64,000 nt of DNA from assembly GCF_009914755.1 (NCBI RefSeq), contig NC_060931.1, one strand, 5' to 3'. This document shows, piece by piece, positions 41,301 to 55,600 of the stretch; position 1 is the first letter of the stretch, and each line of letters starts with the position of its first letter. The translations under genes and the position numbers were made by a program. A model generated the notes under the pieces. It was not told where the DNA came from. It worked only from the letters and a program-made list of their open reading frames with translations, and did no database searches. The stretch comes from the human T2T-CHM13v2.0 reference genome, Homo sapiens.

Positions 41301-44300
41301 CTCAGAAACTACTTTGTGATGTGTGCCTTCAACTCACAGAGTTTAACCTTTCTTTTCTTAGAGCAGTTTAGAAACACTCTGCTTGTTATGTCTGCAAGTG
41401 GATATTTGGACCTCTTTGAGGCCTTCGTTGCAAACGGGTTTTCTTCCTTTCATGCTAGACTAAGAAGAGTTCTCAGTAACTTTTTTGTGTTGTGTGTATT
41501 CAACTCACAGAGTTGAACCTTGCTTTAGAGAGAGCAGATTTGAAACACTCTTGCTGTGGCATTTTCAGGTGGAGATTTCAAGCGATTTGAGGACAATTGC
41601 AGAAAAGGAAATATCTTCGTATAATAACCAGACAGAATCATTCTCAGAAAGTGCTTTGTGATGTGTGCGTTCAACTCACAGAGTTTAACCTTTCTTTTCA
41701 TAGAGGAGTTTGGAAACACACTGTTTGTAAAGTCTGCAATTGGATATATGGACCTGTTTGAGGCCTCCGTTGGAAACGGGATTTCTTCATTGAATGCTAG
41801 ACGGAAGAATTCTCAGTAAATTCTTTGTGTTGTGTGCATTCAACTCACAGAGTGGAACGTCCCTTTAGACAGAGCAGATTTGAAACACTCTTTTTGCGGA
41901 ATTTGCAAGTGGAGATTTCTAGCCATTTGATGCCAACAGTAGAAAGGGAAATATCTTCAAATAAAAACCAGACAGAATCATTCTCAGAAAATTCTTTGTG
42001 ATGTGTGCGTTCAACTCACATAGTTTAACCTTTCTTTTCATAGAGCAGTTTGGAAACACTCTGTTTGTAAAGTCTGCAAGTGGATATATGGACCGCATTG
42101 AGGCCTTCGTTGGAAACGGGATTTCTTCATTTCATGCTAGACAGAAGAATTCTCAGTAACTTCTTTGTGCTGTGTGTATTCAACTCACAGAGTGGAACGT
42201 CCCTTTACACAGAGCAGATTTGAAACACTCTTTTTGTGGAGTTTGCAAGTGGAGATTTCAAGCGATTTGATGCCAACAGTAGAAAAGGAAATATCTTCAA
42301 ATAAAAACTAGACAGAATCATTCTCAGAAACTACTTTGTGATGTGTGCCTTCAACTCACAGAGTTTAACCTTTCTTTTCTTAGAGCAGCTTAGAAACACT
42401 CTGCTTGTTATGTCTGCAAGTGGATATTTGGACCTCTTTGAGGCCTTCGTTGCAAACGGGGTTTCTTCCTTTAATGCTAGACTAAGAAGAGTTCTCAGTA
42501 ACTTTTTTGTGTTGTGTGTATTCAACTCACAGAGTTGAACCTTGCTTTAGAGAGAGCAGATTTGAAACACTCTTGCTGTGGCATTTTCAGGTGGAGATTT
42601 CAAGCGATTTGAGGACAATTGCAGAAAAGGAAATATCTTCGTATAATAACCAGACAGAATCATTCTCAGAAAGTGCTTTGTGATGTGTGCGTTCAACTCA
42701 CAGAGTTTAACCTTTCTTTTCATAGAGGAGTTTGGAAACACACTGTTTGTAAAGTCTGCAATTGGATATATGGACCTGTTTGAGGCCTTCGTTGGAAACG
42801 GGATTTCTTCATTGAATGCTAGACGGAAGAATTCTCAGTAAATTCTTTGTGTTGTGTGCATTCAACTCACAGAGTGGAACGTCCCTTTAGACAGAGCAGA
42901 TTTGAAACACTCTTTTTGCGGAATTTGCAAGTGGAGATTTCTAGCCATTTGATGCCAACAGTAGAAAGGGAAATATCTTCAAATAAAAACCAGACAGAAT
43001 CATTCTCAGAAAATTCTTTGTGATGTGTGCGTTCAACTCACATAGTTTAACCTTTCTTTTCATAGAGCAGTTTGGAAACACTCTGTTTGTAAAGTCTGCA
43101 AGTGGATATATGGACCGCATTGAGGCCTTCGTTGGAAACGGGATTTCTTCATTTCATGCTAGACAGAAGAATTCTCAGTAACTTCTTTGTGCTGTGTGTA
43201 TTCAACTCACAGAGTGGAACGTCCCTTTACACAGAGCAGATTTGAAACACTCTTTTTGTGGAGTTTGCAAGTGGAGATTTCAAGCGATTTGATGCCAACA
43301 GTAGAAAAGGAAGTATCTTCAAATAAAAACTAGACAGAATCATTCTCAGAAACTACTTTATGATGTGTGCCTTCAACTCACAGAGTTTAACCTTTCTTTT
43401 CTTAGAGCAGTTTAGAAACACTCTCCTTGTTATGTCTGCAAGTGGATATTTGGACCTCTTTGAGGCCTTCGTTGCAAACGGGGTTTCTTCCTTTAATGCT
43501 AGACTAAGAAGAGTTCTCAGTAACTTTTTTGTGTTGTGTGTATTCAACTCACAGAGTTGAACCTTGCTTTAGAGAGAGCAGATTTGAAACACTCTCGCTG
43601 TGGAATTTTCAGGTGGAGATTTCAAGCGATTTGAGGACAATTGCAGAAAAGGAAATATCTTCGTATAATAACCAGACAGAATCATTCTCAGAAAGTGCTT
43701 TGTGATGTGTGCGTTCAACTCACAGAGTTTAACCTTTCTTTTCATAGAGGAGTTTGGAAACACACTGTTTGTAAAGTCTGCAATTGGATATATGGACCTG
43801 TTTGAGGCCTCCGTTGGAAACGGGATTTCTTCATTGAATGCTAGACGGAAGAATTCTCAGTAAATTCTTTGTGTTGTGTGCATTCAACTCACAGAGTGGA
43901 ACGTCCCTTTAGACAGAGCAGATTTGAAACACTCTTTTTGCGGAATTTGCAAGTGGAGATTTCTAGCCATTTGATGTCAACAGTAGAAAGGGAAATATCT
44001 TCAAATAAAAACCAGACAGAATCATTCTCAGAAAATTCTTTGTGATGTGTGCGTTCAACTCACATAGTTTAACCTTTCTTTTCATAGAGCAGTTTGGAAA
44101 CACTCTGTTTGTAAAGTCTGCAAGTGGATATATGGACCGCATTGAGGCCTTCGTTGGAAACGGGATTTCTTCATTTCATGCTAGACAGAAGAATTCTCAG
44201 TAACTTCTTTGTGCTGTGTGTATTCAACTCACAGAGTGGAACGTCCCTTTGCACAGAGCAGATTTGAAACACTCTTTTTGTGGAGTTTGCAAGTGGAGAT

Positions 44301-47300
44301 TTCAAGCGATTTGATGCCAACAGTAGAAAAGGAAGTATGTTCAAATAAAAACTAGACAGAATCATTCTCAGAAACTACTTTGTGATGTGTGCCTTCAACT
44401 CACCGAGTTTAACCTTTCTTTTCTGAGAGCAGCTTAGAAACACTCTGCTTGTTATGTCTGCAAGTTGATATTTGGACCTCTTTGAGGCCTTCGTTGCAAA
44501 CGGGGTTTCTTCCTTTAATGCTAGACTAAGAAGAGTTCTCAGTAACTTTTTTGTGTTGTGTGTATTCAACTCACAGAGTTGAACCTTGCTTTAGAGAGAG
44601 CAGATTTGAAACACTCTTGCTGTGGCATTTTCAGGTGGAGATTTCAAGCGATTTGAGGACAATTGCAGAAAAGGAAATATCTTCGTATAATAACCAGACA
44701 GAATCATTCTCAGAAAGTGCTTTGTGATGTGTGCGTTCAACTCACAGAGTTTAACCTTTCTTTTCGTAGAGGAGTTTGGAAACACACTGTTTGTAATGTC
44801 TGCAATTGGATATATGGACCTGTTTGAGGCCTTCGTTGGAAACGGGATTTCTTCATTGAATGCTAGACGGAAGAATTCTCAGTAAATTCTTTGTGTTGTG
44901 TGCATTCAACTCACAGAGTGGAACGTCCCTTTAGACTGTGCAGATTTGAAACACTTTTTGGCGGAATTTGCAAGTGGAGATTTCTAGCCATTTGATGCCA
45001 ACAGTAGAAAGGGAAATATCTTCAAATAAAAACCAGACAGAATCATTCTCAGAAAATTCTTTGTGATGTGTGCGTTCAACTCACATAGTTTAACCTTTCT
45101 TTTCATAGAGCAGTTTGGAAACACTCTGTTTGTAAAGTCTGCAAGTGTATATATGGACCGCATTGAGGCCTTCGTTGGAAACGGGATTTCTTCATTTCAT
45201 GCTAGACAGAAGAATTCTCAGTAACTTCTTTGTGCTGCGTGTATTCAACTCACAGAGTGGAACGTCCCTTTACACAGAGCAGATTTGAAACACTCTTTTT
45301 GTGGAGTTTGCAAGTGGAGATTTCAAGCGATTTGATGCCAACAGTAGAAAAGGAAATATCTTCAAATAAAAACTAGACAGAATCATTCTCAGAAACTACT
45401 TTGTGATGTGTGCCTTCAACTCACAGAGTTTAACCTTTCTTTTCTTAGAGCAGTTTAGAAACACTCTGCTTGTTATGTCTGCAAGTGGATATTTGGACCT
45501 CTTTGAGGCCTTCGTTGCAAACGGGTTTTCTTCCTTTAATGCTAGACTAAGAAGAGTTCTCAGTAACTTTTTTGTGTTGTGTGTATTCAACTCACAGAGT
45601 TGAACCTTGCTTTAGAGAGAGCAGATTTGAAACACTCTTGCTGTGGCATTTTCAGGTGGAGATTTCAAGCGATTTGAGGACAATTGCAGAAAAGGAAATA
45701 TCTTCGTATAATAACCAGACAGAATCATTCTCAGAAAGTGCTTTGTGATGTGTGCGTTCAACTCACAGAGTTTAACCTTTCTTTTCATAGAGGAGTTTGG
45801 AAACACACTGTTTGTAAAGTCTGCAATTGGATATATGGACCTGTTTGAGGCCTCCGTTGGAAACGGGATTTCTTCATTGAATGCTAGACGGAAGAATTCT
45901 CAGTAAATTCTTTGTGTTGTGTGCATTCAACTCACAGAGTGGAACGTCCCTTTAGACAGAGCAGATTTGAAACACTCTTTTTGCGGAATTTGCAAGTGGA
46001 GATTTCTAGCCATTTGATGCCAACAGTAGAAAGGGAAATATCTTCAAATAAAAACCAGACAGAATCATTCTCAGAAAATTCTTTGTGATGTGTGCGTTCA
46101 ACTCACATAGTTTAACCTTTCTTTTCATAGAGCAGTTTGGAAACACTCTGTTTGTAAAGTCTGCAAGTGGATATATGGACCGCATTGAGGCCTTCGTTGG
46201 AAACGGGATTTCTTCATTTCATGCTAGACAGAAGAATTCTCAGTAACTTCTTTGTGCTGTGTGTATTCAACTCACAGAGTGGAACGTCCCTTTACACAGA
46301 GCAGATTTGAAACACTCTTTTTGTGGAGTTTGCAAGTGGAGATTTCAAGCGATTTGATGCCAACAGTAGAAAAGGAAATATCTTCAAATAAAAACTAGAC
46401 AGAATCATTCTCAGAAACTACTTTGTGATGTGTGCCTTCAACTCACAGAGTTTAACCTTTCTTTTCTTAGAGCAGCTTAGAAACACTCTGCTTGTTATGT
46501 CTGCAAGTGGATATTTGGACCTCTTTGAGGCCTTCGTTGCAAACGGGGTTTCTTCCTTTAATGCTAGACTAAGAAGAGTTCTCAGTAACTTTTTTGTGTT
46601 GTGTGTATTCAACTCACAGAGTTGAACCTTGCTTTAGAGAGAGCAGATTTGAAACACTCTTGCTGTGGCATTTTCAGGTGGAGATTTCAAGCGATTTGAG
46701 GACAATTGCAGAAAAGGAAATATCTTCGTATAATAACCAGACAGAATCATTCTCAGAAAGTGCTTTGTGATGTGTGCGTTCAACTCACAGAGTTTAACCT
46801 TTCTTTTCATAGAGGAGTTTGGAAACACACTGTTTGTAAAGTCTGCAATTGGATATATGGACCTGTTTGAGGCCTTCGTTGGAAACGGGATTTCTTCATT
46901 GAATGCTAGACGGAAGAATTCTCAGTAAATTCTTTGTGTTGTGTGCATTCAACTCACAGAGTGGAACGTCCCTTTAGACAGAGCAGATTTGAAACACTCT
47001 TTTTGCGGAATTTGCAAGTGGAGATTTCTAGCCATTTGATGCCAACAGTAGAAAGGGAAATATCTTCAAATAAAAACCAGACAGAATCATTCTCAGAAAA
47101 TTCTTTGTGATGTGTGCGTTCAACTCACATAGTTTAACCTTTCTTTTCATAGAGCAGTTTGGAAACACTCTGTTTGTAAAGTCTGCAAGTGGATATATGG
47201 ACCGCATTGAGGCCTTCGTTGGAAACGGGATTTCTTCATTTCATGCTAGACAGAAGAATTCTCAGTAACTTCTTTGTGCTGTGTGTATTCAACTCACAGA

Positions 47301-49612
47301 GTGGAACGTCCCTTTACACAGAGCAGATTTGAAACACTCTTTTTGTGGAGTTTGCAAGTGGAGATTTCAAGCGATTTGATGCCAACAGTAGAAAAGGAAG
47401 TATCTTCAAATAAAAACTAGACAGAATCATTCTCAGAAACTACTTTGTGATGTGTGCCTTCAACTCACAGAGTTTAACCTTTCTTTTCTTAGAGCAGTTT
47501 AGAAACACTCTGCTTGTTATGTCTGCAAGTGGATATTTGGACCTCTTTGAGGCCTTCGTTGCAAACGGGGTTTCTTCCTTTAATGCTAGACTAAGAAGAG
47601 TTCTCAGTAACTTTTTTGTGTTGTGTGTATTCAACTCACAGAGTTGAACCTTGCTTTAGAGAGAGCAGATTTGAAACACTCTCGCTGTGGAATTTTCAGG
47701 TGGAGATTTCAAGCGATTTGAGGACAATTGCAGAAAAGGAAATATCTTCGTATAATAACCAGACAGAATCATTCTCAGAAAGTGCTTTGTGATGTGTGCG
47801 TTCAACTCACAGAGTTTAACCTTTCTTTTCATAGAGGAGTTTGGAAACACACTGTTTGTAAAGTCTGCAATTGGATATATGGACCTGTTTGAGGCCTCCG
47901 TTGGAAACGGGATTTCTTCATTGAATGCTAGACGGAAGAATTCTCAGTAAATTCTTTGTGTTGTGTGCATTCAACTCACAGAGTGGAACGTCCCTTTAGA
48001 CAGAGCAGATTTGAAACACTCTTTTTGCGGAATTTGCAAGTGGAGATTTCTAGCCATTTGATGTCAACAGTAGAAAGGGAAATATCTTCAAATAAAAACC
48101 AGACAGAATCATTCTCAGAAAATTCTTTGTGATGTGTGCGTTCAACTCACATAGTTTAACCTTTCTTTTCATAGAGCAGTTTGGAAACACTCTGTTTGTA
48201 AAGTCTGCAAGTGGATATATGGACCGCATTGAGGCCTTCGTTGGAAACGGGATTTCTTCATTTCATGCTAGACAGAAGAATTCTCAGTAACTTCTTTGTG
48301 CTGTGTGTATTCAACTCACAGAGTGGAACGTCCCTTTGCACAGAGCAGATTTGAAACACTCTTTTTGTGGAGTTTGCAAGTGGAGATTTCAAGCGATTTG
48401 ATGCCAACAGTAGAAAAGGAAGTATGTTCAAATAAAAACTAGACAGAATCATTCTCAGAAACTACTTTGTGATGTGTGCCTTCAACTCACCGAGTTTAAC
48501 CTTTCTTTTCTGAGAGCAGCTTAGAAACACTCTGCTTGTTATGTCTGCAAGTTGATATTTGGACCTCTTTGAGGCCTTCGTTGCAAACGGGGTTTCTTCC
48601 TTTAATGCTAGACTAAGAAGAGTTCTCAGTAACTTTTTTGTGTTGTGTGTATTCAACTCACAGAGTTGAACCTTGCTTTAGAGAGAGCAGATTTGAAACA
48701 CTCTTGCTGTGGCATTTTCAGGTGGAGATTTCAAGCGATTTGAGGACAATTGCAGAAAAGGAAATATCTTCGTATAATAACCAGACAGAATCATTCTCAG
48801 AAAGTGCTTTGTGATGTGTGCGTTCAACTCACAGAGTTTAACCTTTCTTTTCGTAGAGGAGTTTGGAAACACACTGTTTGTAATGTCTGCAATTGGATAT
48901 ATGGACCTGTTTGAGGCCTTCGTTGGAAACGGGATTTCTTCATTGAATGCTAGACGGAAGAATTCTCAGTAAATTCTTTGTGTTGTGTGCATTCAACTCA
49001 CAGAGTGGAACGTCCCTTTAGACAGTGCAGATTTGAAACACTTTTTGGCGGAATTTGCAAGTGGAGATTTCTAGCCATTTGATGCCAACAGTAGAAAGGG
49101 AAATATCTTCAAATAAAAACCAGACAGAATCATTCTCAGAAAATTCTTTGTGATGTGTGCGTTCAACTCACATAGTTTAACCTTTCTTTTCATAGAGCAG
49201 TTTGGAAACACTCTGTTTGTAAAGTCTGCAAGTGTATATATGGACCGCATTGAGGCCTTCGTTGGAAACGGGATTTCTTCATTTCATGCTAGACAGAAGA
49301 ATTCTCAGTAACTTCTTTGTGCTGCGTGTATTCAACTCACAGAGTGGAACGTCCCTTTACACAGAGCAGATTTGAAACACTCTTTTTGTGGAGTTTGCAA
49401 GTGGAGATTTCAAGCGATTTGATGCCAACAGTAGAAAAGGAAATATCTTCAAATAAAAACTAGACAGAATCATTCTCAGAAACTACTTTGTGATGTGTGC
49501 CTTCAACTCACAGAGTTTAACCTTTCTTTTCTTAGAGCAGTTTAGAAACACTCTGCTTGTTATGTCTGCAAGTGGATATTTGGACCTCTTTGAGGCCTTC
49601 GTTGCAAACGGG
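37245..49612 (+). repeat. Tandem triplication of a 4-HOR block, period 4087 bp
   Basis: Markers recur at +4087 twice: GCAGCTTAG (38302/42389/46476), AAGTATGTTC (~40252/~44339/~48426), rare HOR haplotype (40288/44375/48462), 1-bp deletion (~40868/~44955/~49042), GCTGCGTG (41151/45238/49325). Confidence 0.93.
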
Positions 49613-52600
49613 GTTTCTTCCTTTAATGCTAGACTAAGAAGAGTTCTCAGTAACTTTTTTGTGTTGTGTGTATTCAACTCACAGAGTTGAACCTTGCTTT
49701 AGAGAGAGCAGATTTGAAACACTCTCGCTGTGGAATTTTCAGGTGGAGATTTCAAGCGATTTGAGGACAATTGCAGAAAAGGAAATATCTTCGTATAATA
49801 ACCAGACAGAATCATTCTCAGAAAGTGCTTTGTGATGTGTGCGTTCAACTCACAGAGTTTAACCTTTCTTTTCATAGAGGAGTTTGGAAACACACTGTTT
49901 GTAAAGTCTGCAATTGGATATATGGACCTGTTTGAGGCCTTCGTTGGAAACGGGATTTCTTCATTGAATGCTAGACGGAAGGATTCTCAGTAAATTCTTT
50001 GTGTTGAGTGCATTCAACTCACAGAGTGGAACGTCCCTTTAGACAGAGCAGATTTGAAACACTCTTTTTGCGGAATTTGCAAGTGGAGATTTCTAGCCAT
50101 TTGATGCCAACAGTAGAAAGGGAAATATCTTCAAATAAAAACCAGACAGAATCATTCTCAGAAAATTCTTTGTGATGTGTGCGTTCAACTCACATAGTTT
50201 AACCTTTCTTTTCATAGAGCAGTTTGGAAACACTCTGTTTGTAAAGTCTGCAAGTGGATATATGGACCGCATTGAGGCCTTCGTTGGAAACGGGATTTCT
50301 TCATTTCATACTAGACAGAAGAATTCTCAGTATCTTCTTTGTGCTGTGTGTATTCAACTCACAGAGTGGAACGTCCCTTTGCACAGAGCAGATTTGAAAC
50401 ACTCTTTTTGTGGAGTTTGCAAGTGGAGATTTCAAGCGATTTGATGCCAACAGTAGAAAAGGAAATATCTTCAAATAAAAACTAGACAGAATCATTCTCA
50501 GAAACTACTTTCTGATGTGTGCCTTTAACTCACAGAGTTTAACCTTTCTTTTCTTAGAGCAGTTTAGAAACACTCTGCTTGTTATGTCTGCAAGTGGATA
50601 TTTGGACCTCTTTGAGGCCTTCGTTGCAAACGGGTTTTCTTCCTTTAATGCTAGACTAAGAAGAGTTCTCAGTAACTTTTTTGTGTTGTGTGTATTCAAC
50701 TCACAGAGTTGAACCTTGCTTTAGAGAGAGCAGATTTGAAACACTCTTGCTGTGGCATTTTCAGGTGGAGATTTCAAGCGATTTGAGGACAATTGCAGAA
50801 AAGGAAATATCTTCGTATAATAACCAGACAGAATCATTCTCAGAAAGTGCTTTGTGATGTGTGCGTTCAACTCACAGAGTTTAACCTTTCTTTTCATAGA
50901 GGAGTTTGGAAACACACTGTTTGTAAAGTCTGCAATTGGATATATGGACCTGTTTGAGGCCTCCGTTGGAAACGGGATTTCTTCATTGAATGCTAGACGG
51001 AAGAATTCTCAGTAAATTCTTTGTGTTGTGTGCATTCAACTCACAGAGTGGAACGTCCCTTTAGACAGAGCAGATTTGAAACACTCTTTTTGCGGAATTT
51101 GCAAGTGGAGATTTCTAGCCATTTGATGCCAACAGTAGAAAGGGAAATATCTTCAAATAAAAACCAGACAGAATCATTCTCAGAAAATTCTTTGTGATGT
51201 GTGCGTTCAACTCACATAGTTTAACCTTTCTTTTCATAGAGCAGTTTGGAAACACTCTGTTTGTAAAGTCTGCAAGTGGATATATGGACCGCATTGAGGC
51301 CTTCGTTGGAAACGGGATTTCTTCATTTCATGCTAGACAGAAGAATTCTCAGTAACTTCTTTGTGCTGTGTGTATTCAACTCACAGAGTGGAACGTCCCT
51401 TTACACAGAGCAGATTTGAAACACTCTTTTTGTGGAGTTTGCAAGTGGAGATTTCAAGCGATTTGATGCCAACAGTAGAAAAGGAAATATCTTCAAATAA
51501 AAACTAGACAGAATCATTCTCAGAAACTACTTTGTGATGTGTGCCTTCAACTCACAGAGTTTAACCTTTCTTTTCTTAGAGCAGCTTAGAAACACTCTGC
51601 TTGTTATGTCTGCAAGTGGATATTTGGACCTCTTTGATGCCTTCGTTGCAAACGGGGTTTCTTCCTTTAATGCTAGACTAAGAAGAGTTCTCAGTAACTT
51701 TTTTGTGTTGTGTGTATTCAACTCACAGAGTTGAACCTTGCTTTAGAGAGAGCAGATTTGAAACACTCTTGCTGTGGCATTTTCAGGTGGAGATTTCAAG
51801 CGATTTGAGGACAATTGCAGAAAAGGAAATATCTTCGTATAATAACCAGACAGAATCATTCTCAGAAAGTGCTTTGTGATGTGTGCGTTCAACTCACAGA
51901 GTTTAACCTTTCTTTTCATAGAGGAGTTTGGAAACACACTGTTTGTAAAGTCTGCAATTGGATATATGGACCTGTTTGAGGCCTCCGTTGGAAACGGGAT
52001 TTCTTCATTGAATGCTAGACGGAAGAATTCTCAGTAAATTCTTTGTGTTGTGTGCATTCAACTCACAGAGTGGAACGTCCCTTTAGACAGAGCAGATTTG
52101 AAACACTCTTTTTGCGGAATTTGCAAGTGGAGATTTCTAGCCATTTGATGCCAACAGTAGAAAGGGAAATATCTTCATATAAAAACCAGACAGAATCATT
52201 CTCAGAAAATTCTTTGTGATGTGTGCGTTCAACTCACATAGTTTAACCTTTCTTTTCATAGAGCAGTTTGGAAACACTCTGTTTGTAAAGTCTGCAAGTG
52301 GATATATGGACCGCATTGAGGCCTTCGTTGGAAACGGGATTTCTTCATTTCATGCTAGACAGAAGAATTCTCAGTAACTTCTTTGTGCTGTGTGTATTCA
52401 ACTCACAGAGTGGAACGTCCCTTTGCACAGAGCAGATTTGAAACACTCTTTTTGTGGAGTTTGCAAGTGGAGATTTCAAGCGATTTGATGCCAACAGTAG
52501 AAAAGGAAGTATCTTCAAATAAAAACTAGACAGAATCATTCTCAGAAACTACTTTGTGATGTGTGCCTTCAACTCACCGAGTTTAACCTTTCTTTTCTGA

Positions 52601-55600
52601 GAGCAGCTTAGAAACACTCTGCTTGTTATGTCTGCAAGTGGATATTTGGACCTCTTTGAGGCCTTCGTTGCAAACGGGGTTTCTTCCTTTAATGCTAGAC
52701 TAAGAAGAGTTCTCAGTAACTTTTTTGTGTTGTGTGTATTCAACTCACAGAGTTGAACCTTGCTTTAGAGAGAGCAGATTTGAAACACTCTCGCTGTGGA
52801 ATTTTCAGGTGGAGATTTCAAGCGATTTGAGGACAATTGCAGAAAAGGAAATATCTTCGTATAATAACCAGACAGAATCATTCTCAGAAAGTGCTTTGTG
52901 ATGTGTGCGTTCAACTCACAGAGTTTAACCTTTCTTTTCATAGAGGAGTTTGGAAACACACTGTTTGTAAAGTCTGCAAGTGGATATATGGACCTGTTTG
53001 AGGCCTTCGTTGGAAACGGGATTTTATCATATAATGCTAGACGGAAGAATTCTCAGTAAATTCTTTGTGTTGTGTGCATTCAACTCACAGAGTGGAACGT
53101 CCCTTTAGACAGAGCAGATTTGAAACACTCTTTTTGCGGAATTTGCAAGTGGAGATTTCTAGCCTTTTGATGCCAACAGTAGAAAGGGAAATATCTTCAA
53201 ATAAAAACCAGACAGAATCATTCTCAGAAAATTCTTTGTGATGTGTGCGTTCAACTCACATAGTTTAACCTTTCTTTTCATAGAGCAGTTTGGAAACACT
53301 CTGTTTGTAAAGTCTGCATGTGGATCTATGGACCGCATTGAGGCCTTCGTTGGAAACGGGATTTCTTCATTTCATGCTAGACAGAAGAATTCTCAGTAAC
53401 TTCTTTGTGCTGTGTGTATTCAACTCACAGAGTGGAACGTCCCTTTGCACAGAGCAGATTTGAAACGCTCTTTTTGTGGAGTTTGCAAGTGGAGATTTCA
53501 AGCGATTTGATGCCAACAGTAGAAAAGGAAATATCTTCAAATAAAAACTACACAGAATCATTCTCAGAAACTACTTTGTGATGTGTGCCTTCAACTCACA
53601 GAGTTTAACCTTTCTTTTCTTAGAGCAGTTTAGAAACACTCTGCTTGTGATGTCTGCAAGTGGATATTTGGACCTCTTTGAGGCCTTCGTTGCAAACGGG
53701 GTTTCTTCCTTTAATGCTAGACTAAGAAGAGTTCTCAGTAACTTTTTTGTGTTGTGTGTATTCAACTCACAGAGCTGAACCTTGCTTTAGAGAGAGCAGA
53801 TTTGAAACACTCTCGCTGTGGAATTTTCAGGTGGAGATTTCAAGCGATTTGAGGACAATTGCAGAAAAGGAAATATCTTCGTATAATAACCAGACAGAAT
53901 CATTCTCAGAAAGTGCTTTGTGATGTGTGCGTTCAACTCACAGAGTTTAACCTTTCTTTTCATAGAGGAGTTTGGAAACACACTGTTTGTAAAGTCTGCA
54001 ATTGGATATATGGACCTGTTTGAGGCCTCCGTTGGAAACGGGATTTCTTCATTGAATGCTAGACGGAAGAATTCTCAGTAAATTCTTTGTGTTGTGTGCA
54101 TTCAACTCACAGAGTGGAACGTCCCTTTAGACAGAGCAGATTTGAAACACTCTTTTTGCGGAATTTGCAAGTGGAGATTTCTAGCCATTTGATGTCAACA
54201 GTAGAAAGGGAAATATCTTCAAATAAAAACCAGACAGAATCATTCTCAGAAAATTCTTTCTGATGTGTGCGTTCAACTCACATAGTTTAACCTTTCTTTT
54301 CATAGAGCAGTTTGGAAACACTCTGTTTGTAAAGTCTGCAAGTGGATATATGGACCGCATTGAGGCCTTCGTTGGAAACGGGATTTCTTCATTTCATGCT
54401 AGACAGAAGAATTCTCAGTAACTTCTTTGTGCTGTGTGTATTCAACTCACAGAGTGGAACGTCCCTTTGCACAGAGCAGATTTGAAACACTCGTTTTGTG
54501 GAGTTTGCAAGTGGAGATTTCAAGCGATTTGATGCCAACAGTAGAAAAGGAAGTATCTTCAAATAAAAACTAGACAGAATCATTCTCAGAAACTACTTTG
54601 TGATGTGTGCCTTCAACTCACAGAGTTTAACCTTTCTTTTCTTAGAGCAGCTTAGAAACACTCTGCTTGTTATGTCTGCAAGTGGATATTTGGACCTCTT
54701 TGAGGCCTTCGTTGCAAACGGGGTTTCTTCCTTTAATGCTAGACTAAGAAGAGTTCTCAGTAACTTTTTTGTGTTGTGTGTATTCAACTCACAGAGTTGA
54801 ACCTTGCTTTAGAGAGAGCAGATTTGAAACACTCTTGCTGTGGCATTTTCAGGTGGAGATTTCAAGCGATTTGAGGACAATTGCAGAAAAGGAAATATCT
54901 TCGTATAATAACCAGACAGAATCATTCTCAGAAAGTGCTTTGTGATGTGTGCGTTCAACTCACAGAGTTTAACCTTTCTTTTCATAGAGGAGTTTGGAAA
55001 CACACTGTTTGTAAAGTCTGCAATTGGATATATGGACCTGTTTGAGGCCTTCGTTGGAAACGGGATTTCTTCATTGAATGCTAGACGGAAGAATTCTCAG
55101 TAAATTCTTTGTGTTGTGTGCATTCAACTCACAGAGTGGAACGTCCCTTTAGACAGAGCAGATTTGAAACACTTTTTGGCGGAATTTGCAAGTGGAGATT
55201 TCTAGCCATTTGATGCCAACAGTAGAAAGGGAAATATCTTCAAATAAAAACCAGACAGAATCATTCTTAGAAAATTCTTTGTGATGTGTGCGTTCAACTC
55301 ACATAGTTTAACCTTTCTTTTCATAGAGCAGTTTGGAAACACTCTGTTTGTAAAGTCTGCAAGTGGATATATGGACCGCATTGAGGCCTTCGTTGGAAAC
55401 GGGATTTCTTCATTTCATGCTAGACAGAAGAATTCTCAGTAACTTCTTTGTGCTGTGTGTATTCAACTCACAGAGTGGAACGTCCCTTTGCACAGAGCAG
55501 ATTTGAAACACTCTTTTTGTGGAGTTTGCAAGTGGAGATTTCAAGCGATTTGATGCCAACAGTAGAAAAGGAAATATCTTCAAATAAAAACTAGACAGAA

